NCBI GenBank assembly: GCA_036172245.1
Contig: JAYWIR010000001.1
Location: 7,068,001 to 7,132,000 of the forward strand
Length of the DNA: 64,000 bases
Source: Raillietiella orientalis
Lineage: Eukaryota
Reading direction: 5' to 3'
How positions within the stretch are numbered: the stretch's first letter is position 1; every line of letters begins with the position of its first letter. The notes under the pieces are model-generated. The model was not told the DNA's origin, searched no databases, and saw only the letters and a list, made by a program, of their open reading frames with translations. Below are positions 51,211 through 62,800 of the stretch, piece after piece. A program made the position numbers and the translations under genes.

Positions 51211-54119
51211 AAATAATCTTTCGGGATTTCGATCGTTTCCTGGATTTCGGAGTTCAAAATCCCGAACTCCCGTGGCACTTCCTCTCCAGAGGGGTGACTG
51301 CCTCGGTCCGTGTACCGCCGCATATTTCCCTTCGTGGCGGGGCCCACGAAGGTGCTCGAAGGGCTGTAAGTCCCGGACAGGCGACTCGAACACTAGGAAA
51401 AGACGATGGGAGCAGCAACTAGAGAGCTCCCTGGAGGTCTGTCGGAAACGGGCTGGACGAGCTGCTGCTTGCAGTAGTCCCAATCGTGAGCAGGTGGAAC
51501 CAGGGTGGTGGGAGAAGGAGCAGCAGGAACGTGGGAATTTTCTTTCCCCCGGCATTTTTTTTTTTTTTCCACCCCGATTCGGACATTTTCTGTTGAACCA
51601 GATGGCCGGACGGGGCAAACTTCCTCGGAAACTGACCTCACTTATCCAGAGGTTTCGGGTACACTTTCAGACGGCGATCTGCATTTGTGCTCGATGTGTT
51701 GGTAGTGCTCAGCAAGAAACGCGAGTTTCACTTTGCGGCGGCCATCGTCCACAGAGATTCTAATACTCTTCCCTCGTGAGTTTTCGCTTCCGACGGTGCT
51801 CATTCAGTGGCTGAAACTGAGCCTCGTCGGCGCTCAGTAGCCGAGATACATCCTGAAGGATATCCACAAAAGACAGTGACGTAATAGGAGTTGGCAGTTG
51901 TCGTTCAAGCTGCTCATTTGACCCCTGTCACCGATCCGGCAACCTGCTCGAATGACTCCTTCCCAGCAGTGGAGAGTTTCGAGCATTCATCAACCCCCTG
52001 CCGCCCCCCTGCCTCTCAACCCCCTTTTTTTCTTCTTTCCGAGGAGTGGGTGGTAGGTGCTTTCCCTTGCACTTTCTGGGAACTCAAGCGTCCACTCTGG
52101 GAGCCCTAGAATGATGTCGCCCCGCAAGAACTGGAGATTCCAACGTGGAGTGAGGATCAGCTCTGATTCTCGAGTGGGCGGAGGGACCACATTTAGTCAG
52201 GGTGCCTGGGTCTTCATTGCCACCTCCGCGTTGTGCTCCTCTTCTGCTCGTTTGAGCCGATGGGGCGGAACGCTGCCGCACGCCTTGAAGCTACTGGGAG
52301 CAGCACTTAAATCTCTCTGCGCCAGGAGGCGTGGCGGTTTCATTGACTACATTGAGAAGGCTGCGCACGGGAGAAGGGAGATACTGACCAGCGACCATTT
52401 TCACCCTGTTGCTCTGGAACGTTTCTCTTCCAGAGGGAAATAAACGGGCCACGTGGATCAGTAAATCCACTGGTCTGTGGAACGTTCAGGGGAGGAGGAA
52501 GAGAAAAGAAGAACAAGTGCAGAGCTTGCAGGTTGGCTACACAAAAGAGCAGGGAGGGCTCAGGGGAGGGACAACAAGTCAATAAACGAAATTGGGAGAA
52601 AGGGGCAGGGATCACCGGTATCATCCGTTGCCCCTTCCGGAACCCGAGCGCGATGCAGGCAGCATCCTCCTTCCCTTTGGCATCCTTCAGAGGCCATTTT
52701 GTTAGGTTACTCATCGTTGCGGAGTTGAGTCCTTCTTCCTGTCAGGAACGTCTCCGGGGTTCTCCGGGACTTCACGCTGGCGTACTTCGCAGAGACTCTC
52801 CTCCTCCAGAGATGCCGCTGCCGGTGAAGCCTCAGTGCAAGAGCATCAAAGCCTCTTCGATCTGCCATTTGAAGTAGTTAGAAAACCAAGGGACACCTGG
52901 TGTGTGGCATTGCTTTTTTGCTATCTGACCACCTCCTGAAAGGAGGCAACAGGGTCACCCTACTCCAGGCGCACTGTCCGTTCGAAAGCTCGGTGGCAGC
53001 ATTGAAGAGGGTGGACTTGGAAGGATAGAGATCTCTTTCGCGGGAAGAGTTCAAGCTTTCCCTTTCTTCTGTTCTCGGGAGCAAAGAGTCGGGTGTGCGT
53101 GATTATCCTCCGGGGGTCTCTGGGACCTCAGGATCTCAAGAACTACAATAACCCCAAGAGCTGACCTATTCCAAGAACACAAGCGAACCAGATCCGTCTA
53201 TGGAGCGAACGGAGGCATGGACACTTTGCTATCTCCAGCATCTTCATCTCCATGTCCCATCTGCTCACCTTCTTGCTTTATGCGCACGAGGTCACGAAGG
53301 TCACGCTCCCGAAAATCCTCCACACATGTCTGCATCGGTTGGTACTTGCTCTTGGACGTTCCGAACGATTCTTTCATCAGACAGATGTCCCATTCCGAGT
53401 GCGTCGCGGCCACGTCGGATGCTGCAGGCTACGTCTCATGTTGTCGAGGTGCATTCGCAGGATCTCCTGTTCCCTCCGTCATCTTCCGTCCATTCGCCCA
53501 GTCCTGCCTTTTCTCCTCGTTGGAGGGATCCCAAGACCTCTCCCTCGAGAGACAACCATCAGGGCGCGGAGGGCCACATCCATCGTTGCCATGGAGACTG
53601 CGAGGTCTTTGCATCCGTTCTCCTTCCGCTCCTTCTTTCTTCGAGCACTTTCTGAACTCGTCAGAAGTGCTCCAGAAGGAACAGGCAGCGTCTAGGATGA
53701 CCACTCTCTTCATCTTGCGCAGCACCAGATCCAGAGGCAGGAGGTCCACTCCATGAATGTCCCCATTTCGGGAAACCACTTCCCAGCTGGAGCGGTGCGC
53801 ACCGCGTCCCTAGATGCACGTGTGACAAGCAGGGATTCAACTAAGCGATGCCTAATCCTCAAACTTAGCATCTTCTGCAGCTACGATCCCTGTTTGTGGT
53901 ATGCGATCTCCTGAGACTGCGAAGTGGGAGGGGGGGGGAAGCTGGGCCAAGCATCGCAGGTAAATCCGTGAATTCTTCTCCCGCCTGACTCGGGTTTCCA
54001 CGCAACCCGACGCACGTTGCGACTTCTTCCTCCCGCGACTTTCGGTCAGGGAACGCGGCACGCCTGGCTGAGATTACGACCGAACGTCCACCACCTCCTC
54101 CAGGCCTCGACACAGACCG

Positions 54120-54190
54120 CCCGCTTTGACAGCTGTGCGGCTGCGGCGGTATCCGTGCGTGGCAACCAGTTTCGCGGGTTCGAATCCTGC
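54120..54190 (+). mobile_element. tRNA-derived SINE-like head or tRNA pseudogene
   Basis: Canonical T-arm gcggg-TTCGAAT-cctgc (54174-54190); similar to 55324-55391 on the minus strand. Confidence 0.45.
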
Positions 54191-54639
54191 CCAGGGGGAA
54201 CTGATCGACGCTGGGAAACGGGGGCGTCGTACTCTTGGAGTTTTCCCCGCGAGATGACGCTAGTTGAAAGTCACGGTGTTTATTTTTTCTTTTTATAATT
54301 TTAAAAAAGGCCAGTAGCGACCCCCACGAGGAGATCGTTACTATTGGCCTAGGACGATGGAGATCCTTGGGTTCTTTTTTCTTCTTTATGCTGTTTTTCT
54401 TTCAGCTTTTTTTTTTTGAAGAGTTTTCTTTTTTTTTCTGGTTCGCTAAGTACCTCAGAGCCGGTCGCGTGCCTCGCGGCGCACGTGGCTCGTTTTAAAC
54501 ACAGTTTTGTTTCCACGTCCCTACGCCCGCGGCAACCCGTGGTGGGGCGTGTAATTCTTCAGGATAGGGGGCACCCCGGGATGGGGGTCCGCCCTATGAA
54601 TCCAGGAAGGGCTCGGAGTCCGGTTCTTCTCACGCTTGG

Positions 54640-54935
54640 GGAGGGATCCCCCCGGAAAGGGGGGGGATTGCACCTCCCACCCTGGTTGTCTCCGAAGGGG
54701 AACCCCGAAGGGAATCTCCTTCCTCATTCTCTCCGGAGGGACACCCTCCCTTGCGGGGGGTGGTCCTCTCCATTTCATTTTCTCCAAAGGGAACCCAGAA
54801 AGGATCCCCTTGTAGGAATTTCTTCTCCGGAGGGAACCCGCAAAGGAACCTCTCCTGTTCACTGCTCTGAAGAGAACCCCAAAGGGACGCTTCCGAAACT
54901 CTGAAGGGGCGCTTCCGAAACTCAGAAGGGGCGCT
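54640..54935 (-). repeat. Degenerate GGGTTCCCTYCGGAGA-type repeat array plus a 22-bp tandem duplication (54888-54931)
   Basis: About five degenerate units; cgcttccgaaactc(t/a)gaagggg twice; related sequence at 44360-44520 and 57910-57960. Confidence 0.65.
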
Positions 54936-55323
54936 GCGCAGCTTCCCGCAGGGAATCGCTCTCGCTTGCTTCCTTGTGCACTCTGCGAAGAGTGCGACGA
55001 CTCGGAGGGACCCCCCCCCCGAAACAGGGGGGTCCGCTCCTTTGAACAACTGGAGAGGTGCCCGTGAGGGCTCCTGCCCCATCTTGAAACCGGAGGAGTC
55101 CCCCGGTGGGGGGGTCCGTTCTCCGTTGTACGACCGGAGAGGGAACTCCCCACTCCTTGATTCCTGGGAGGACCCGAAGGTCGACTCCCATTGTACCGGC
55201 CTTCATCGGGGGCCTCCGGCTTAATCCACCACCGGTGCCACGCCCGAAGGTCTCAGCCAACCAGCGCCGTTGCAGGAGAAACTCGGAATCCGACGACGCA
55301 GTGGCGTCAGAATTCTGCCCAAG

Positions 55324-55391
55324 TATTCGAACCCGCGACGCATGGTGCCACACGCGGAAGCCGTAACCACAAGGCCTCCGACGCGGGCGGT
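55324..55391 (-). mobile_element. tRNA-derived SINE-like head or tRNA pseudogene (His-like)
   Basis: Minus strand reads ggccttgtggtta (A-box-like) ... cgcgtgtggc ... cgcgggttcgaat (B-box). Confidence 0.45.
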
Positions 55392-55392
55392 G

Positions 55393-56720
55393 TTACCCAG
55401 TCACGGTGGGGCGTTTACTTATAAAAAAGTAAACATACAAGTCAGTGGCAAGACGTTCGATCCTGCCACAGTACTAATAACTACGAGAAGGAACCTGCCG
55501 GGAACTGGCATGCAGGCCAGCGGGGTTCTCGGCAGCACAGGGCAAGGGGAGAGAAACAAAAAGAAAAATATCAACAAAAAACATACAGTCAAAAACTGAG
55601 GGAGGGGGAAGGTTCGGGAAGGGATCACCGGGTGCTAAAGGGCACCCTCTGCATCTGTGCAGGATGCCGTCGAGTTCCTGTTTCAAGACTCTCAGATGGG
55701 GCCATCTTGATGCTATCCTCATGAAGAAGACAGCAAAGTAGATGGAGTCCTTGTCGTTCTGGCCTCCTCTGGCATTGCTCGATGCAGCCATGATCCCGCC
55801 GCGTGGGCAGCGAAGTGCTGCTAGGGATGCGGCTGGCGTGAGGGGTCGCGCAGGAAGAGGCGCTTTATAACGTCTCTGGCATTGCCGCCAGGGGTTCTAA
55901 GGGTCGCGGCAAAGCGTTCCTAAAAGGGACGGAGGGCAACACAGTCCACTAGGAGGTTCTGGAGGGATTCCCTCTCGCTGCACTTTGCACAGTTTGGGTG
56001 GACACCCCATGTGTCGACGGACGTTGCACGAGAGGCCCCAGTGCAGCAGATCAATGCCGACTCTTGCCACTTTAAAGGGAGGGTGGGGGTGTTCATGAGC
56101 ACTGGGGGTCACTGCAGGTCTTCCTTCGGAATACCCAGTGGCACGACCCAGCGCAAAAGTCCACGCGGTCGAGCAATCGGGGTCGCAGCGTCGGTGAGCT
56201 GGCCCGTCGTCCATTCTCCCAGTCCTTTCCTCCTTCCGGAGATTTCCACAGTAATCTCCTGTCTAGCCGTAAGGCTGCTGCCCATGTGTTCCCTTAAGGA
56301 GGGCAGAGCAACGGTGAGGGAGGTTCTGCATGCCCACGCACTCTTCACGGGATCTTTCAGGATCTCCCGGAGGGTGCTGTTGTTGTGCGCATACAGGAAA
56401 CGTCTCACCTTTTCCGCGCTTGGCCCCTGGGTCCTCGACCAAGTGCAAACGGTTTCCTGCAACCAAACACTACCGTTTTCGGGGCGGCACGAGATCCATG
56501 CGTTCTTCCTGGTCAGCGTGGCCCCACCTGCCGTAAGTGCAGTCTGCAGTGGATGAGACTAAGTGGACGGCGGGCAAGGAAGGACACGAGTTCCACGCTG
56601 CAGGTCGCTTGCTGGACGAGAAGACGTGCAGGTTGGCACCAGGTGATGCTCCAGAGGTTTTGCAGGAAAGCAAGTCCCCAAAACTGGAGCTGCCGCGTCA
56701 GGGGGCCTAGGTAGCCATCC
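55393..56720 (-). mobile_element. L1/Tx1-like LINE, 3' portion (copy E)
   Basis: Collinear with copy A: LCAPRRDGYLG, WLQETVCTW, AWACRTSL, GEWTTGQLTDAATP and CAKCSERESLQNLLVDCVALRP, then the shared 3'UTR. Confidence 0.85.
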
Positions 56721-57279
56721 CGGCGCGGAGCGCATAAGTCCCAGGCAAACTCAGGACCTCCCTTTGTACTAGAGGGCGATCCGGAAGAGATCCTTTGTCC
56801 ACTTTCTAATGCTGCATAGCGAGAGGGTAAACATAAAGCAGGGGGCGGCGGAAGGAGGCCACGAATGTGCGGCACTGGTAGAAGCCGGAAACCGGATCTT
56901 CCCCTTGACTGGCCGGGAACGGAAGTTGACCCCCCGAGGTCCTTCCAGGAATCAAGGAGTCGGTTCTTTTCGGGATCTCCTCCGGTCATGGAAACAGAGC
57001 CGTCTTCCTTTCTACCCCTGAGGGAACCTCTTCATCCCGTATCATGGAGCTGGTGGACTGATGTTACCTCTCCGGGGTGTGAAGCTCTCCGCTCCCTCAG
57101 CGAGACGCCCTCCAGAGAAATTCGGAAATGTCCTCTCAGGGCTCTCTCTTCAAAGGAGGAAACAAGGAGCGGACCTGAAGAAAAAAATGAGGAACGGCCC
57201 ATTTCTTCTACGAAAAGAGTCGGCACTCCTGCTGCTGCTGCACTGGGGTCTTTCCTGCTACTCCCGCCGACACCACTGG

Positions 57280-57872
57280 ACGCTGGGGAGGTTGATACCG
57301 GGCTGTCGCAGGTGCGAGGAGTGGGAATGCCCCTCCCGCACCCCCTCGTGCACCGTATTGCTCTCCGGCTCCTATGGGAACGTTTGGGAACGAACCTCCG
57401 GATTCCGGGACGTGTTACGACTCCTCTTCGTGCTGGACGCCCTGCGGCCAGCCGTAGTCCTATCAGCTCTTTGCTGCATCCACGGGATCGTAGCGGCCTG
57501 GAGCGAAGCCGAAGAAGGAAGAAAGGGGAGAGACGTCGTCCATCTCGCTTTCTGAGGATGGCGGCCGGATGGCCCCACCTGGGATCTATTCGGAGGGACC
57601 CAGCCGGCATCCTGGAAAAGATGCAGAGGACTCCCTCCAGTAGACAGTGGTCCCTTCCCGACCTCCCCAAATATTTTTATTTATTTTTATTTACTCTTTA
57701 TTTTTATTTTATTTTTTGTTCTCTCCCATCCCAATCCGCTGGCGAGGTGACCCCCGCAGGTCTGTGCACCGGCAACCAGGCAGGTCCGTGAACAAACTGA
57801 GTGTGGTGGGACCACGCGTCCTACCACAATGTAGTAGGATATTTTAATAAACGTCCCGGCGTGTCCGGGTGA
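57280..57872 (+). mobile_element. L1/Tx1-like LINE 3' fragment (copy C)
   Basis: CRRCEEWE...HPLVHRIALRLLW zinc-finger remnant, ALCCIHGIVAAW, WPHLG, T-tract and structured end. Confidence 0.8.
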
Positions 57873-58089
57873 AAATTGGAGAAGAAACTAGGAGTGTTCC
57901 TTACCACACATCCCCTCCAGGGGATCCCTTCGGAGAGAATGGGGAAGAAGTGGTTCCCTTCGCATTCGTTCCTTTCCCAAGCATGAGAGGAAGGGACTCC
58001 CTCCCTCCGAAGCCCTTCCTGGATCTGTGCTGCCTTCTGATCTCTTTGGGATCGCCTCGCGACGATCCTAGGAACCCCGGCGGGCAGTC

Positions 58090-58562
58090 CCAGGGACATT
58101 TTTAAATGCCTCTTCTCTCGTGGCGCCGCAATGCCTCCAGTCGCGTCCCTCGCAGTCCTCTGCTGCGTCCGCGGAATCATAGCAGCCTGGAACGCGGCAA
58201 GAAGACGCCAGAAAGGTAGAGACGCCATCCTCTGGACGCGAATCTTCCTGGGGACCGCCTCGAGATGGCCCCACCTGGGCACTGTCCGGACAGAACTTGC
58301 CAGCATCCTGAACTGGATGCCTGAGGCGCCTGGCAGCGTACCATGATCCCTTCCTGGATTCCCGTGTATAAAGTCCCCTCTCCAGTTTCGCATGCTTATT
58401 CTTTTGTGTTTTGTTTTTCCTTCCCCCACGCTGCCGAAGCGGACCTCGCCGATCTGCATACCGCTCTTCGGCAGGTTCATTGTGCGTGGTAGAACCGTTG
58501 GTTCTACCGCAAAAATGTATTTTTATTAACCAAGTAATAAATGCCCCGGCATAACCAGATGA
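58090..58562 (+). mobile_element. L1/Tx1-like LINE 3' fragment (copy B)
   Basis: LCCVRGIIAAW...RWPHLGTVRTELASIL and shared 3'UTR structure. Confidence 0.8.
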
Positions 58563-59719
58563 GAATCCTCCAATGTCGCCAACGGCAACCTGATGCTCTT
58601 CATCTGTAAATGTCCATTCCGCTCCTGCGCATGACGGTGTCTGTGCCCATGCCGTCCGCAAGCTCCGGATAAGTGCTCCGTTTCTTTGGAATTGTCCCTG
58701 GAATTCCTGTGGATAGGAATTCATCCTAGCCAACGCCCACGGGAGGCACGGCGATCCTCTTTCCCTCCCCTTGGCGGAGGGCCGAAAAAGGCGACAGTGA
58801 GTACAGCCGGATCCAAAGAGTTGGGAAGCTCCAAGCAGCTGCCAGGCCGCGCAACCAGACGACTCATCCCAGAGAGGGTATCCCTTGGCTACTTGGCTGA
58901 CCGACGGGAGGCGCCCCTCTGCGAGCATGCGCCACCGGCGGAGAGGTAATGCTGGAATGCGATGATTTTCAGAGCGCGCGGAAACATCTCGCTGCTGAAT
59001 ACTTCCACCCGAAGACGCTCCGGAAGACCTGCTGTGGCGTCGTCTCTGTCGAGACGGACTTCTCGCCTGCTTTTCCCCGATTGTTCAGCTCTGAATTGCG
59101 TCAGGGGATCGCTGCCTCCGGGAACTCTGTGTGCCCGAGAGGCCGCCAAAGAAACCACGGGATCGTGCGACCGTCTGGTCTGCGAGGGACGACTCTGTCA
59201 CGCGTTCTTTAGAAGCTGCCTGCAAAGAGTTGCTGCTGCTCCTCGTTTTCAATTTATTGATCGAGCCAATCCGTTTTGTCCTTGCTCTACTGGGGTTGCT
59301 ACCTAATCTCTGGATGACCGGCCTTCAAACGACCAACAGGGATGAACCGATTTGCGATGAACCCAAATGCTCAGGGCTGATCTTTGCATCCGGTTAGCCT
59401 GCGACCATTCCAGTGAGAGGGCCTCTGTTCCTCGCTGGGAATGTCCCTTCATACCGCTCCCAGGCTCCTTTCCTCCTCCCTGCCTCTCTCTCTTCTTCCC
59501 TTTTCCTAGAATTTTTGGCTTTGGAACTGGTTTGCTGGGCTGTGCTTTCGCGCCCTCCGGCAACAGCATTCCCACCGCGATTTTGCGAGTAAACTCTTTG
59601 AGAGATTCGCAACTCGCGTTACTTTCTTTTGATGCTCTTCGCTGTGCTCGTCTAGGAACACTTCCTCCCTGCAGCAGTGTTGCTGCTGGGGGATGCTCAA
59701 TCTAACAATTCTCATCTCT

Positions 59720-60104
59720 AGCAGCCTACGCGAGATCGTGGCTGTATATCAAGAGAAGGCCAGTACGACAGGGACGCCATCCACTTTGCGGTCCTCTTCA
59801 TGAGAACAGCGTCAAGATGGCGCCGCCTGGGGATCTTAAAACAAGAATTGGCCTGCATCCTTACAAGAATGAAGAGCACAGTGATCCCTTCCTGAAGCCT
59901 CCCATTTTTCGATTGTATTTTTTTTTTGTTTTTTCTCTTTGCCTCTCTCCCCTTGCCCTTTGCTGACGAGGCGAACCCCGCTGGTCTGCGTGCCAGCTCC
60001 AGACAGGTTCCTTCTCGTAGTTATAAGTGGCAGGACGTTTGCGTCCTGCCACTGACTTGTATGTTTATTCTTTATAAATAAACGCCCCGGCGCAACCAGT
60101 GGTC
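59720..60104 (+). mobile_element. L1/Tx1-like LINE 3' fragment (copy D)
   Basis: Close nucleotide match to the copy E 3'UTR (caggttccttctcgtagttat...gtggcagga...tgccactgacttgtatgttta). Confidence 0.8.
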
Positions 60105-60249
60105 AAACAAATACTCATTCCAAAAAATCCTGCTCTTCACCAACAGAAAATTTCGTAAAAGCGTTGGCCGAGTGATTACATCATGGTCTACGCCATGTTC
60201 GTTATGTCTTGGTCAGGTTATGTTGGTATGCACCCTGGATTCGGGATGC

Positions 60250-62800
60250 ACGCTAAGGATTCCTCGGCTTCCTTGAAAGTCATGGAGTAACTTGGTTTGA
60301 AAGCCTCAACGCTTTGGTCTCCCAGGATGCAGCTGAAGAGTGGAACGTTGCTGAAGCGGGGCAAACAAAATCTTCAACATCGCAGGTTCCCTTGGTATCA
60401 GCTGTAATCACACCAAATTCAGTAGCCCTTTCAGAATACGAAATCCATTGGTCATATAACCTCGTTGAGATGGCCCTGGTTTCCTCTGAAAGAAATTTCC
60501 CTGAGCCACCACTCCCTTTATGCTGCATCCTTAGCTTAACATGGAAATCATCTCGTGCATTTCGCTTATGGAAATATCAGGAGTCGCGTCCGTCCAAACA
60601 CGTGGCCAGACTCTAGGAATGATTTCTTACACGTTTGCCTAACGCAGCATCCCCATCCAATCATGTAGCAGTGAAAGAAATACACATCTTCTCGATAAAT
60701 TAACTGCAACGAATTGCACACATCTGTCCAAGTGCTTAGAGCTTTGGAACCTGAAACTGAGATAAGCAATTTCAATGTCGAATCTCAAGTACACATCCAG
60801 TGGTCATGATGTGCCCTGGACAAGAGTGGGTGGCCAAAAATGACATCCAAACAAAACCTAACTGATAGCAACATTGAGCAATGTTCAGTTGTCTGCAGGT
60901 TTCTATCATATTACCAGTTCATCTGTTGTCTGGAATTCATGTAAAAGATCTGACCGTATCCTCTAATAATCGTGGGTCGATGATTAAGATATAGATCAAC
61001 AATGAAGCAACAACAGTATAAAACAGAAGACAAGCAACAGAATTCAAAACAAAAACGTCCCTGGCACCTTCATTTATGCAGACAGGAAGTTAGCATGACG
61101 CCAAGCCTACCTACATTTTCAAAGTTTGAAAGCAGCCCAACTTTTACCAACATCTATAAATGAAGCACGGGAGTTCCTTAACAAACCAGATGAAGTTCTT
61201 TCAAAGGGGACAGGAAGAACTACATTTAAGACAAAAACAGTGAACAAATAGCATTTGACCGTTATAAGAAGAATGCTGTCTTTGTTTCCTATGAGTCGTC
61301 ATGATAAAAAGCCCAAGAGTTGAAACCAAACACAGTATTAAATTTGCTCGTCAATGGTTATTGCTACAATACAAAGAGGCTAATTAGGAAAGAATTTTAA
61401 CCTCCTTTAATAATCATCCACCACAGTGAAAACATAAATGATAATGGATGGAAGATATGTAAGATATGTAGCATACTGTTAAAAAGCTGCAGAAAGCTTG
61501 TCTGAAGGTCAGTATTATGCCTCGGTCGCATCTACAGATACTTCTGATAGTGCTTGATTTGCTTGCATTTGTACATTATGAACTCCGTGGAAAATAGAAT
61601 GAGTTGTGAAGATTTTCTGTTCGTCGTTGTAGCTTGTTTTACTTGAGAGGCCATTTCCAAGTTTCGATGATCTCGCAGCTGCGAAGATTGAGTAGCTGTC
61701 CTGTAGGAGTAAGGACGAATGTCTATTGGGTGGAAAGGAATCAACCAGATGCCATCAGAGGCAAGAAAGATGCCAAAGAGACTAAAGTTTATTCGGAGTA
61801 ATCTGTGGAGTGAATAGATTTATGAAAGCTTTTGCTTCAACTTCGCTTACGTTTAATAATTAAGGTTACTGAAATACGACATCTCCCAATTTCAGTTGTA
61901 CGATGAAGTACGAATGTTTATCCACGGTAAAATATTCTGTGGAAGAGTGACCTTTTATGGGTAGACACCATGTCATATTTGCATTTTATTCACTGAAACA
62001 GATTTCACCTGAACATGTAAAGATCTGCAAGGATCTATAAAATTGAAGGCAGAATGGGAGATATGATTATAGAATACGACATACGATCTCTCGCGTGGCT
62101 CCAGAGCCACATGTTTGAATACTTCCTAACAATTCATGATTTGCTTGCATTTTCCGATTAGGAGTATTGATGGAATAACAGGTCTTTTTTTTTCTTCTTC
62201 TTCTTCAGTACTTGCAAGTCAACAAAACTGAAAGAATTTCGTAGGCAAGTCTAATTTTGTTCATTTAGTTACAGATACAGATACAGATAAATCGATTGAA
62301 TCCTACAAATCCAGTAACGATATGTGCTGAATTTTTCTTCTCAAGAATCACGAAATTATGTTTTTAGAGCCAGCTGATTCCACTTTTCAGTTCATAAAAA
62401 AAAATTATGAACTGGGAAGATCATTGCATGAACTACCCAGCATTAAGATATTCATTCTTTAGAAAGTAAAAAGCAGTTTCTTTATAATTCCCACATCAAA
62501 GTTTGAATTACTTTTCACTCCCTCAATAATGCATCTTTCACACAATAAGTTCTCATGTAGTCAGATATCATGGGAAGAGTTTATCAGTTTTATCTATGGA
62601 TGAGTTTTATCTACATCCATAATATTGTCAGGTAACATTTTCATATTCCTTTTCCAAAAGGACGAACTGTTCAAACCTTCTAAGATTTTAGTGGTCAGAG
62701 AACCACGTATTTTCACTACTAATTTCGTAATTAACAATTCATGCAATGATTGTGCCCGCACAGCATCAGCAAGGTTTAACATTTCTAACAGTATCCCTTA
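60250..62800 (-). mobile_element. Possible highly decayed Zator-like DNA transposase
   Basis: Scattered fragments in plausible order (GSGATRE, HISHSA, VSVDA, KHLDRCVQF...RRC, LYD...VCPASATFHS); recognised from memory, many stops. Confidence 0.25.

Noticed and set aside
59963-59969. CTGACGA hammerhead-core match, and twister-like topology of LINE 3' module 1
   Set aside because: Other copies read CTGCCGA or CTGGCGA, there is no GAAA core, and the twister P2 stem and UAA cleavage loop are absent
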